Shown piece by piece: positions 10,232-18,732 of a DNA stretch of 63,757 bases. Position numbers and translations under genes: made by a program. Source of the stretch: Mollicutes bacterium. GTDB taxonomy: Bacteria; Bacillota_I; Bacilli_A; Izemoplasmatales; Izemoplasmataceae. The stretch is taken from contig PWOH01000029.1 of the NCBI GenBank assembly GCA_003557505.1, positions 1-63,757 on the forward strand. The letters are read 5' to 3'. Position 1 is the first letter of the stretch. Each line of letters starts with the position of its first letter. The notes beneath the pieces were generated by a model. It was given only the letters and a program-made list of their open reading frames with translations. It did no database searches and was not told the origin of the DNA.

Positions 10232-11419
10232 GTGGAACTTTTAAATAAAGATGAAACCAAAATCAAAAAAATCAATGCCTTCATGCAAGAAATATCACAA
10301 GATTTACCCAAAGGCAAAAAGCGTGAAGTGTATGAAATGTATGAATCTTCCATCAAAGCGATTCGTCCCATTGACTTATTTTATGTAGAACAATATCGCC
10401 ACGATTCATCATTAAGTGTCGAGGCCATCAAAGAAAATGCCAACAAGTTTGTCAATGTGTTCTTTGAAGGACTGAAAAATCATGAAATGCAGTCTCATGA
10501 CCATCCTTTTTTTCAAAGTCTTTTAGACGAAAACAACGCGATAATTGCCCACCTCGATGATATGAAACAATACTTTAAAGCCGGTCCGCTTACCGAGAAC
10601 CAACAGGCATTAATCAAAGGCTTTGAAAAGTGTTTAGAATTTGAGAAGAAATATGTAAAAAAAGAAAATATTCTGTTTCCTAAAATTGAAGGGAAAATCC
10701 CTTCAAATAAACCCCTTGAGGTCATGTGGTCACTGCATGATGATGCACGTAAGCTACTCAAAGACATTATCGAAACCCTGCGTGATTTGTCCGATGAAAA
10801 AAAGACAAACCAGCAAATCGGAAAATACTACTATTTAGTCTATGGCATTATCCAGAAGGAACAACTAATTTTGTTTCCGGTTGCGAATATGGTTTTAGAT
10901 CATAAAACCATGGATAGTATGTATGAGGAATGTTTTGATTTTGGCTTTACATTTATCGAGAAAACCCGACCGAAATTTAATGATCAAATCAAAGAACCCC
11001 AGGGCAATGATGTGAAGTTTCTCTCACGTAGTGGGGAACTCACCTTTAAACAGATTGCCTTAATATTTAATCATCTACCGGTTGATATTACTTATGTGGA
11101 CAAACATGATAGAGTCAAATATTTTAATGAACGAAAAGCGCGTCATTTTCCAAGAAATCCTTCCATTATAGGCCGGTTAGTCAAACACTGCCATCCACCG
11201 AAAAGTGTTGATACGGTAGAACGTATTATTGAGGCATTTAAAAGCGGAGAAAAAGATACCGCTGAGTTTCATATTAATTTTAAAGGTCAGTTTCTTCATA
11301 TTCGTTATTTTGCGGTAATGGATGAGTCGAATCACTACGAAGGCGTATTGGAAGTCTCTCAGGATATCACCGACATTCAGAAATTAAAAGGCGATAAACG
11401 GTTGTTAGATTGGGAATAA
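10232..11419 (+). CDS. DUF438 / hemerythrin-like / PAS-domain protein (COG2461-type putative sensor)
   Basis: His-rich helical middle region (HDHPFF, WSLHDD). C-terminal PAS-like block (ITYVDKHDRVKYFN..HCHPPKS..FLHIRYFAV). Start is uncertain: in-frame GTG at 10232 is 7 nt after GGAG, while the ATG at 10211 has no RBS and abuts the terminator. Confidence 0.75.
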   Translation: MELLNKDETKIKKINAFMQEISQDLPKGKKREVYEMYESSIKAIRPIDLFYVEQYRHDSSLSVEAIKENANKFVNVFFEGLKNHEMQSHDHPFFQSLLDENNAIIAHLDDMKQYFKAGPLTENQQALIKGFEKCLEFEKKYVKKENILFPKIEGKIPSNKPLEVMWSLHDDARKLLKDIIETLRDLSDEKKTNQQIGKYYYLVYGIIQKEQLILFPVANMVLDHKTMDSMYEECFDFGFTFIEKTRPKFNDQIKEPQGNDVKFLSRSGELTFKQIALIFNHLPVDITYVDKHDRVKYFNERKARHFPRNPSIIGRLVKHCHPPKSVDTVERIIEAFKSGEKDTAEFHINFKGQFLHIRYFAVMDESNHYEGVLEVSQDITDIQKLKGDKRLLDWE

Positions 11420-11445
11420 AAAAAGCCGTGCAAGCACGACTTTTA
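11420..11445. terminator. Bidirectional terminator between convergent genes
   Basis: AAAAAGCCGTGC-aa-GCACGACTTTT hairpin (one mismatch) with A/T runs on both sides. Confidence 0.65.
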
Positions 11446-11447
11446 AA

Positions 11448-12122
11448 TTATTCAAGTGGTTTGATTTTCTTTATGAAGTAGACAAACGGTGTATCAAGCG
11501 CCGCAACAATTAACTTAATCAGATACGTTGTAATGAATATTGATACAACAACTTCAATAGGATATAGCCCCAAAAACGCAATTGGCACAAAAATTAAGGT
11601 GTCGACCAGCTGTGAGACCATGGTTGAACCGATGTTTCTCAAGTAGAGCGTTTGATCACTACTGTAATAGGACTTAATTTTTTGAAATAAATGCACATCA
11701 AGTATTTGCGAGATAATATAAGCGGTGATACTACCAAGGGCAATGCGTGGCATGACTTCAAAAATAGTGCTGAGAGCACCGTGGGCAAAATCATCGACGT
11801 GCGGTTCAAACATCAAGGCAACTTGCATGATAATAACCATGCTTATTAACGCGAAAAACCCAACGTACACAGCCTGTTTGGCAACTTTCAATCCGTATTT
11901 TTCATTCAATGAGTCTGTGGCCAAAAAGAGTGTCCCATACATGATATTACCGAGAGTAGCGGTCAGACCGAAAATTTCGATTGTTTTAGTGACTTGAATG
12001 TTTGCTAAAACGGTTCCCATTGCCACCCAGGCAATCAGTCCTGTTTTTCCAAAGAACTTATATATGCCAATAATTAACGTGAAGTTAAGCAAGGCAAATA
12101 AAAACCAAATCATTTCATTCAT
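11448..12122 (-). CDS. yhhQ: YhhQ/VUT-family queuosine-precursor (preQ0/preQ1) transporter
   Basis: Begins MNEMIWFLFALLNF. Polytopic protein with NIMYGTLFLATD and STMVSQLVDT motifs typical of the YhhQ family. ATG at 12122 sits 7 nt after AGGAGG. The longer ORF-track start at 12209 runs through the promoter. Confidence 0.85.
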   Translation of the reverse strand: MNEMIWFLFALLNFTLIIGIYKFFGKTGLIAWVAMGTVLANIQVTKTIEIFGLTATLGNIMYGTLFLATDSLNEKYGLKVAKQAVYVGFFALISMVIIMQVALMFEPHVDDFAHGALSTIFEVMPRIALGSITAYIISQILDVHLFQKIKSYYSSDQTLYLRNIGSTMVSQLVDTLIFVPIAFLGLYPIEVVVSIFITTYLIKLIVAALDTPFVYFIKKIKPLE

Positions 12123-12129
12123 AATAATT

Positions 12130-12168
12130 CCTCCTAGTTTTGATATCGCAGGATGGTTTCGAACTGCG
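12130..12168 (-). promoter_or_regulatory. Candidate preQ1-I riboswitch (translational, sequesters the SD)
   Basis: RNA reads CGCAG-UUCGAAACCAUC-CUGCG-AUAUCAAAACUAGGAGG. This is a 5-bp P1, a 12-nt loop starting UUC, and an A-rich tail ending ACUAGG inside the SD. Segment lengths match the B. subtilis queC aptamer as I recall it. The downstream gene belongs to a preQ1-regulated family. Confidence 0.45.
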
Positions 12169-12180
12169 TTACAGGAACGT

Positions 12181-12209
12181 ATTATAGTGTTGATGTGGTA
12201 TGTTGTCAA
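12181..12209 (-). promoter_or_regulatory. Consensus SigA promoter of the yhhQ-like gene
   Basis: On the minus strand: TTGACA (12209-12204), 17-nt spacer, TATAAT (12186-12181). Confidence 0.7.
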
Positions 12210-12242
12210 GCGTTATTTCTCCTTAATTATGCAAGCGATATA

Positions 12243-12251
12243 TGATATAAT
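12243..12251 (+). promoter_or_regulatory. Extended -10 element upstream of gdpP
   Basis: TGaTATAAT lies 30 nt before the ATG at 12282. Confidence 0.5.
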
Positions 12252-12281
12252 ATGCTCATAGCTTTAAAGTGAGGTGTAACT

Positions 12282-14708
12282 ATGGAACGAAAGGTGTTAA
12301 TCGCAATAAGTGCAGTCTATATCACTGCGGTGGTATTTTTGTTTTATATATTTGACACTACCCTCACCATTCCTTTTTTAACGATTGTTCTCCTATTATT
12401 GGCAGGAAACATCGTTTTCTTTGTGTTTGTATTGAAAAACCGTCGTCGCCTCGTTGTTTCACTTACTGATCGCCTTAACACGAAAGATAAAATCCTCAGA
12501 CGAAAAGAAAGTATAGAAGAACGGATATTAAACGATATTCCAACTGGTATTGTGATGTTAAACGATGCCTTGAAAGTTGAGTTTGCCAATAGTTTCGCCA
12601 AAGCAATTTTTCAAAATCCTTTAGAGGAAAGAAGTCTTAGTACTCTGCACAAATCGCTTTATGATATGATTGTCAATGGAACATTGAACTATCCAAGAAT
12701 TGTTAAAATATACGAAGAACACTATGAAGTGCATTATCACGACCATGAACAGTCTTTGTATTTTTATAAAGTCGGAGAACTGGAACGCTTACGAAAAGCC
12801 TACGCTGATCACACCACGGTCATCGGGGTTTTACATTTGGATAACTTAGAAGATGCTTTAAGTGTCTTAGATGTTCAGGAGCGTAACGAAATTCAAGGGA
12901 AATTCCTTGGTGCCTTGGATCATTGGGCGGAACATTATGATTTCCATATTGTCCCGATTACGAACTCGAAGTTGTATGTCTATTTACATAATAAAAATTT
13001 GGATGCTGTAATCAAGGATGAATTTTCAATTATCAATGAAATTGCTCATATTTCCCGAGAAAACGATTTGATGGTCACCTTGTCCGGTGGCTTTGCTGGG
13101 GCGAATATTCCCATATCCAATTTAGCGGATATTGCTGATGAAGCACTTGATTTAGCGCTTTCTCGTGGTGGTGACCAGATTGTTATCAATATTCAAGGGG
13201 AAGATTTCAAATATTTCGGTGGTAATACCAACACCCAGGAAAAAAGAACCCGAATTTCAAGTCGCATCAATGCTAAGAAACTTGATATGTTGTTTGATGA
13301 TGCCTCAAAAGTATTCATCGTCCCGCATATTTATCCAGATAATGATGCCTTGGCTGCCGCAATTGGTGTGCTTAACATGGCGCTAGCTGCCAAGAAAGAA
13401 GCCTACATTGTCCTTGATTTTGAAACCCTTGATAAAACGGTTAAGAAAATACTTAGGCAAATGGAATACGAATACATCGTCTTACTTGATTATTTCATTT
13501 CCCCTGAAAAGGCATTACAATATCAAGACAATGATGCCTTAGTTGTTCTCGTGGATCATCACTCCAAAGGTCAATTAATCAACGAGAAACTGGTGTCACG
13601 TTCGAAAAATATTGCGATTATTGATCACCACAGAAAACTCAGTGATGCGATTGAAAATACGTTATTATCGTACATTGAACCTTATGCATCAAGTTCTTGT
13701 GAGCTGGTAGTCGAGATGCTTAATGTATTTCCTAAGCCTGTTGATATTACCGCCTTTGAAGCAACCATTATGCTTTCAGGGATGATTGTTGATACCAATA
13801 ACTTCATGTACCGTACTGGGGCAAGAACCTTTGAAGCGGCCGCGATTTTAAGAAAATACGGGGCTGATCCTTATAAAGTTAAAACGATTTTACGGGAGTC
13901 TCTCAAAGACTTACAAATCAAAGCGGATCTATTACAACGTGCTGAAGTTATTTCTAAACGTTTCTCATTAGTGATTGTTCCTGATTCATTTGAACCTGAC
14001 CGTCAAATGCTTGCTAGAATCGCCGATGACTTACTAGAAATTGATCATGTCGTTGCCGCATTTGCAATTGGAAATGTAGCCAGTGACACGGTCGGTATCT
14101 CTGCTAGGTCTTTAGAAGGCTATAATGTCCAGTTAATCATGGAAAAATTCGGTGGTGGCGGTCATTTGAATAACGCCGGTGCTCAATTATCTGATACGAC
14201 CTTAGAGCAAACCAGAGAAGAACTCATCAAAATATTAGAAGAAAGTAAACAGGAGGGAAGACCCATGAAAGTTATTTTACAAAAAGATCTTAAAGGCAAA
14301 GGGAAAAAAGGTGAAATTATCGAAGTTCCAGCTGGTTTTGGCAACTATCTTTTAACCAGTAAACAAGCGATTGAAGCCACCCCTGAAAATATGCAGTTAA
14401 TCGAAAACGAAAAAGAGAAAGCAAAAGAACAAGCCAAACAAGCATACGAAGAAGCCAAAGCCTTAAAAAAACGCATTGATTACCGTGCAGTCAAAGTTTA
14501 CGTGAAGCTTGGTAAAAATGGTAAGTTATTCGGGAAAATCAATACAAAACAAATTGCTGAGGCTTTAGAGGAACAACACGGAATTAAAATTGACAAACGT
14601 AAAATCCAACTTGATAATCCTATTACAGCACTGGGGACTTATCAAATAGAAGTCAAACTCCACAAAGACGTTACTGCGACGTTTGAACTCTTAGTATTGG
14701 AACAATAA
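12282..14708 (+). CDS. gdpP: GdpP-type c-di-AMP phosphodiesterase reading without a stop codon into ribosomal protein L9
   Basis: 808-aa ORF. Two N-terminal TM helices, a PAS-like region, a degenerate GGDEF-like region, DHH motifs (VDHHS, IDHHRK) and DHHA1 GGGGH. There is no stop before the in-frame L9 start at 14265. Confidence 0.85.
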   Translation: MERKVLIAISAVYITAVVFLFYIFDTTLTIPFLTIVLLLLAGNIVFFVFVLKNRRRLVVSLTDRLNTKDKILRRKESIEERILNDIPTGIVMLNDALKVEFANSFAKAIFQNPLEERSLSTLHKSLYDMIVNGTLNYPRIVKIYEEHYEVHYHDHEQSLYFYKVGELERLRKAYADHTTVIGVLHLDNLEDALSVLDVQERNEIQGKFLGALDHWAEHYDFHIVPITNSKLYVYLHNKNLDAVIKDEFSIINEIAHISRENDLMVTLSGGFAGANIPISNLADIADEALDLALSRGGDQIVINIQGEDFKYFGGNTNTQEKRTRISSRINAKKLDMLFDDASKVFIVPHIYPDNDALAAAIGVLNMALAAKKEAYIVLDFETLDKTVKKILRQMEYEYIVLLDYFISPEKALQYQDNDALVVLVDHHSKGQLINEKLVSRSKNIAIIDHHRKLSDAIENTLLSYIEPYASSSCELVVEMLNVFPKPVDITAFEATIMLSGMIVDTNNFMYRTGARTFEAAAILRKYGADPYKVKTILRESLKDLQIKADLLQRAEVISKRFSLVIVPDSFEPDRQMLARIADDLLEIDHVVAAFAIGNVASDTVGISARSLEGYNVQLIMEKFGGGGHLNNAGAQLSDTTLEQTREELIKILEESKQEGRPMKVILQKDLKGKGKKGEIIEVPAGFGNYLLTSKQAIEATPENMQLIENEKEKAKEQAKQAYEEAKALKKRIDYRAVKVYVKLGKNGKLFGKINTKQIAEALEEQHGIKIDKRKIQLDNPITALGTYQIEVKLHKDVTATFELLVLEQ
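14265..14708 (+). CDS. rplI: 50S ribosomal protein L9 (internal in-frame start with its own SD)
   Basis: Begins MKVILQKDLKGKGKKGEIIEVPAGFGNYLL, 147 aa. AGGAGGG at 14251-14257 lies 7 nt upstream of the ATG. Confidence 0.9.
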   Translation: MKVILQKDLKGKGKKGEIIEVPAGFGNYLLTSKQAIEATPENMQLIENEKEKAKEQAKQAYEEAKALKKRIDYRAVKVYVKLGKNGKLFGKINTKQIAEALEEQHGIKIDKRKIQLDNPITALGTYQIEVKLHKDVTATFELLVLEQ

Positions 14709-14709
14709 T

Positions 14710-16083
14710 ATGGCCGAAAAACAAATCCCGCATAGTTTAGAAGCGGAACAAAATGTCTTAGGTGCTGTATTCATTGACCCAGCTACCATGCAAACGATTG
14801 GGGATTCGCTTGAAAAACCTGACTTTTATAATCGCCGGCACCAACTCATTTTCGTGGCGATGAAAGAACTCTATGATGAAAGTATCGATATTGATTATAC
14901 AACCCTGACAGATCGCTTGAAAAATCAGGATCTACTATTGGATGCTGGGGGCACAGATTATATCTTAGGCTTATCGGATACTACCCCCTCGATTGTCAAC
15001 CTTGAACACTATATAAACATTGTCCGCGATAAAGCGGTCGTCCGCAAAATGATGGATATTTCCAAAAGTATCTACGAACAAGGGTTTGAAGCACAAAGTA
15101 TGCAAGATTTCATCGTAGAAGCGGAAAAGAAAATTTTTGACGTCGCCCGTTCTAGAAGAACCAGTGACTTTATTCCCATCGGTCAAGTGACCGAGGAGGT
15201 TATTACTAAAACTGAAGCCGCAAAAAACAAACAAGGTGAGTTGACGGGGTTGGATACAGGGTTTGAAGAGTTTAACCGCTATACGCTTGGTTTACAGCCT
15301 TCAGAATTATACATTATTGCTGCGCGTCCTTCGATGGGGAAAAGTGCTTTCGCACTGAATGTCGTTACTAACATTGCCAAACTCCAAACCAAACCATACA
15401 TTGCTTTTTTCTCTCTGGAGATGGGCGTCGATCAATTGGTAGGAAGGATGCTTTCTAGTGAAGCACGCGTCGAGTCTAACCGCTTACGGACAGGAAATCT
15501 TTCCCCACAAGAGTGGCAACAACTTTCTTTGGCGTCTGACCGACTCCAAAAATTGAACATTTTATTTGATGATTCAGGAACCGTCAAGGTAACCGATCTC
15601 CGGCAAAAATGTCGTAAATTGGCACAGGAAAATCGTCTTGATCTTGTTGTGATCGACTACTTACAACTTTTAAGTGGTTCACAACACTATACCAACCGTG
15701 TACAAGAAGTTAGTGAAATCTCGCGAATGTTAAAAGAAATGGCTCGTGAGTTCAAGATACCGGTTGTGGCGTTATCACAGTTATCAAGAAGTGTTGAACA
15801 GCGTCCAGACAAGATTCCGATCATGGCCGACCTTCGTGAATCCGGTTCGATTGAACAAGATGCGGATGTTGTGCTGTTTCTCTTTAGAGATGATTACTAT
15901 ACCAAAGATAAATCAGAACGGCCTAATATTGTGGATGTCATGGTTGCCAAAAACCGTAGTGGCGCAACGAACATGAAGGGATTTCCCTTACTGTTTAGAA
16001 AGAATTATTCACAGTTTAAAACGAAGGCTGTCACCTATGATAACGAAGAAGAAAATAGTGATTTAATAGATATTGATGATTAA
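14710..16083 (+). CDS. dnaB: Replicative DNA helicase DnaB (DnaC in Bacillus nomenclature)
   Basis: 457 aa. Begins IPHSLEAEQNVLGA. Walker A ARPSMGKSAF. Also LSQLSR. Confidence 0.97.
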   Translation: MAEKQIPHSLEAEQNVLGAVFIDPATMQTIGDSLEKPDFYNRRHQLIFVAMKELYDESIDIDYTTLTDRLKNQDLLLDAGGTDYILGLSDTTPSIVNLEHYINIVRDKAVVRKMMDISKSIYEQGFEAQSMQDFIVEAEKKIFDVARSRRTSDFIPIGQVTEEVITKTEAAKNKQGELTGLDTGFEEFNRYTLGLQPSELYIIAARPSMGKSAFALNVVTNIAKLQTKPYIAFFSLEMGVDQLVGRMLSSEARVESNRLRTGNLSPQEWQQLSLASDRLQKLNILFDDSGTVKVTDLRQKCRKLAQENRLDLVVIDYLQLLSGSQHYTNRVQEVSEISRMLKEMAREFKIPVVALSQLSRSVEQRPDKIPIMADLRESGSIEQDADVVLFLFRDDYYTKDKSERPNIVDVMVAKNRSGATNMKGFPLLFRKNYSQFKTKAVTYDNEEENSDLIDIDD

Positions 16084-16109
16084 GGTGTCTCTTTGAGACA
16101 TCTTTTTTT
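16084..16109 (+). terminator. Rho-independent terminator after dnaB
   Basis: GGTGTCTC-ttt-GAGACATC hairpin followed by a T7 run. Confidence 0.8.
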
Positions 16110-16179
16110 ATCCTTATATAGTATTTTTCAAAGGGGGGTGCTATAATATTTGCGGACTTAATGAAATAGGAGGCACGAC

Positions 16180-17574
16180 ATGACTCAATCGAAAAAACAC
16201 GCGAAACCAATGAAGAAAAAAATTGACCTGACAACTGGCAGTATTCTCAAAAAACTTTTGATTGTGGCCATTCCGACGTTACTGACGTCTTTAGCGCAAA
16301 TGGCCTATAACTTAACTGATATGTTTTGGGTCGCACGGGTTGATCGTGTCGGATTTGTGCCAACTGAAGCGGTTGCGGCGATTGGAACGGCAGGGTTTTT
16401 ACCGTGGTTTGGGATTGGGATGATTATGATTGTCAAAGTCGGTGTCTCTGTATACACGTCTCAAGCCGCTGGGCGTAACGATAAAGAAGCCGTAAATCGG
16501 ATTGCGACGAATGGACTGCTTGCGATGTTATTGCTCGCAACTATTTATGTTATATACGGTCGGTATTTCAATCATCATTTTGTGGGATTATTTAAAATAG
16601 ATAATCAAACGGTTGTTGCGATGTCGCAAAATTATTTGCGTATTGTCACAACCTTTGGATTTTTCTTATTCGCTTTGAATTTATTTAATGGCATATATGA
16701 TGGCCTGGGAAAAACCATTAATACCTTTTATGTGATGGGGACAGGTCTGTTAGTTAATATGTTGCTGGACCCTTTATTTATCCTTGGGTTCGGATGGGGT
16801 GTAGAAGGTGCTGCCTATGCAACTGTAATTGCACAAGGGGTAGCCTTATCATTATACGGTTTTGTCTATTTTTCAAAACGTCGACCTGCAGTGATTAACT
16901 TCAAGAAGTATCTCAATGTTCAATCCATGAAAGATATCGTTTTTTTAGGTTTTCCTGTAGGACTTCAAAGTATGGCAATGACATCATTTTCTATAGTGGT
17001 GGGTATCATTGTGGCTTCATATGGTGAAATAGCGATGAGTGTTTCGCGCTTAGGCTCTCAAATTGAAGCCTTGAGCTGGATGGTTGCGGCCGGGTTCCAA
17101 GTTGCACTCAGTGCGTTTGTCGGTCAAAACTACGGCGCCAATCAAATAGAACGCATTAAGGCAGGGTATGAAACTTCCTTGCGTTTGTTGGTACCGTATG
17201 GATTAGCGATAAATGCGTTATTATATTTTTTTGCGGAGCCGATATTCGCCATCTTCATTAGTGAAACTGAAACGTTGGCGGCGGGTGTGTTATATTTAAG
17301 AATTATTTCTGTATCGCAAATTTTTATGATTTTGGAGATGATGACTGCAGGGGCTTTTAATGGCTTAGGAAAGACGGTTATTCCCTCGACCATCAGTTTT
17401 GTGGGGAACGCTTTGCGCATCCCATTTGCGTTGATGGCAGTTTCCATCAGTGGGATATGGTGGACCATTTCCCTAAGTAGTGTATTTAAGGGAACGGTAA
17501 TGGTTATCTTGTTTGTGATCATCTTTTATATGTTCCGTTTGAAACGCACAAAAGCTTTAGTACTTGAAAACTAA
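16180..17574 (+). CDS. MATE-family efflux transporter
   Basis: 464 aa with about 12 TM segments. N-terminal PTLLTSLAQMAYNLTDMFWV signature. TGcTATAAT at 16139-16147. AGGAGG RBS. Confidence 0.88.
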   Translation: MTQSKKHAKPMKKKIDLTTGSILKKLLIVAIPTLLTSLAQMAYNLTDMFWVARVDRVGFVPTEAVAAIGTAGFLPWFGIGMIMIVKVGVSVYTSQAAGRNDKEAVNRIATNGLLAMLLLATIYVIYGRYFNHHFVGLFKIDNQTVVAMSQNYLRIVTTFGFFLFALNLFNGIYDGLGKTINTFYVMGTGLLVNMLLDPLFILGFGWGVEGAAYATVIAQGVALSLYGFVYFSKRRPAVINFKKYLNVQSMKDIVFLGFPVGLQSMAMTSFSIVVGIIVASYGEIAMSVSRLGSQIEALSWMVAAGFQVALSAFVGQNYGANQIERIKAGYETSLRLLVPYGLAINALLYFFAEPIFAIFISETETLAAGVLYLRIISVSQIFMILEMMTAGAFNGLGKTVIPSTISFVGNALRIPFALMAVSISGIWWTISLSSVFKGTVMVILFVIIFYMFRLKRTKALVLEN

Positions 17575-17620
17575 AGACGACTGTACTATAATATGCCAAG
17601 TAACTTATGGAGTTGATGAT

Positions 17621-18688
17621 ATGAAAGATCGTTTAGAATCGATGAAGAAACGTTATTACCAAATAAACGAAGAGCTTAGTGACCCTTCTATTACGAGTAA
17701 TATCGATAGACTTACCCAACTTTCCAAGGAACAACGTGAACTTGAAAAGACGGTTGGACGATATGAAAAGTATTTGGAAATTGAAAGTTCAATTGAAGAT
17801 TTAAAAGAAATGAGTAAAGATAGTGACCCAGACATTCGTGAAATGGCGAATATGGAGCTTGAAGAAAACCGTGAAACACTCAAAAAACTCGAAGATGAAC
17901 TTCATAAATTGCTTATTCCTAAAGACCCGAATGACAAAAAGAATGTTATTGTTGAAATTCGGGGGGCTGCAGGAGGAAATGAAGCCAATATTTTCGCAGG
18001 AGATTTGTTTAGAATGTATCAGAAGTTTGCGGAAAAACATGGTTGGAGTTTAAGTGTCATTAATGCTGTAGACGGTGATGCGGGTGGATTTGCCCAAATT
18101 GAGTTCACTATTAAAGGCAATCAGGTCTACTCACATTTAAAATATGAATCAGGTGCACATCGTGTGCAAAGAGTCCCTGAAACCGAATCCCAAGGTCGTG
18201 TACATACCTCAACCGCAACGGTTATTGTGTTACCCGAAGCTGAAGATGTTGAAGTTGAAATGCATAATAACGATCTTCGTATAGATACCTTTAGAAGTAG
18301 TGGTGCGGGTGGACAAAGTGTTAATACCACAGACAGTGCAGTGCGTGTAACGCATGAGCCTACAGGACTCGTGGTAACTTGTCAGGATGGAAAAAGCCAA
18401 CATGAAAATAAAGCCACAGCGTTAAAAGTTATGCGCGCTAGACTTCATGATTTTTACGAACAAGAGCGCCTTGAAAAAGAAGGTCAAGAGCGTCGCAGTA
18501 AACTTGGAACCGGTGAACGTAGTGAAAAGATTAGAACGTATAATTTTCCACAAAATCGTGTCACCGATCATCGTATAAATTTCACAATTCAACAATTAGA
18601 CCGTGTCATTGAAGGAAAACTCGATCCGATCATTGAAGCGTTGTTTAATGAAGAATATGAAAAAAAATTGAATGAAACAACTCAATAA
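17621..18688 (+). CDS. prfA: Peptide chain release factor 1
   Basis: SGAGGQSVN (GGQ) motif. PET-type recognition region (RVPETESQGR). ATG at 17621 sits 8 nt after GGAG. Confidence 0.96.
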   Translation: MKDRLESMKKRYYQINEELSDPSITSNIDRLTQLSKEQRELEKTVGRYEKYLEIESSIEDLKEMSKDSDPDIREMANMELEENRETLKKLEDELHKLLIPKDPNDKKNVIVEIRGAAGGNEANIFAGDLFRMYQKFAEKHGWSLSVINAVDGDAGGFAQIEFTIKGNQVYSHLKYESGAHRVQRVPETESQGRVHTSTATVIVLPEAEDVEVEMHNNDLRIDTFRSSGAGGQSVNTTDSAVRVTHEPTGLVVTCQDGKSQHENKATALKVMRARLHDFYEQERLEKEGQERRSKLGTGERSEKIRTYNFPQNRVTDHRINFTIQQLDRVIEGKLDPIIEALFNEEYEKKLNETTQ

Positions 18689-18732
18689 AGTCATGCTTAT
18701 GCATGTCTTTGTTGTATTTAAGGAGTACAAAC

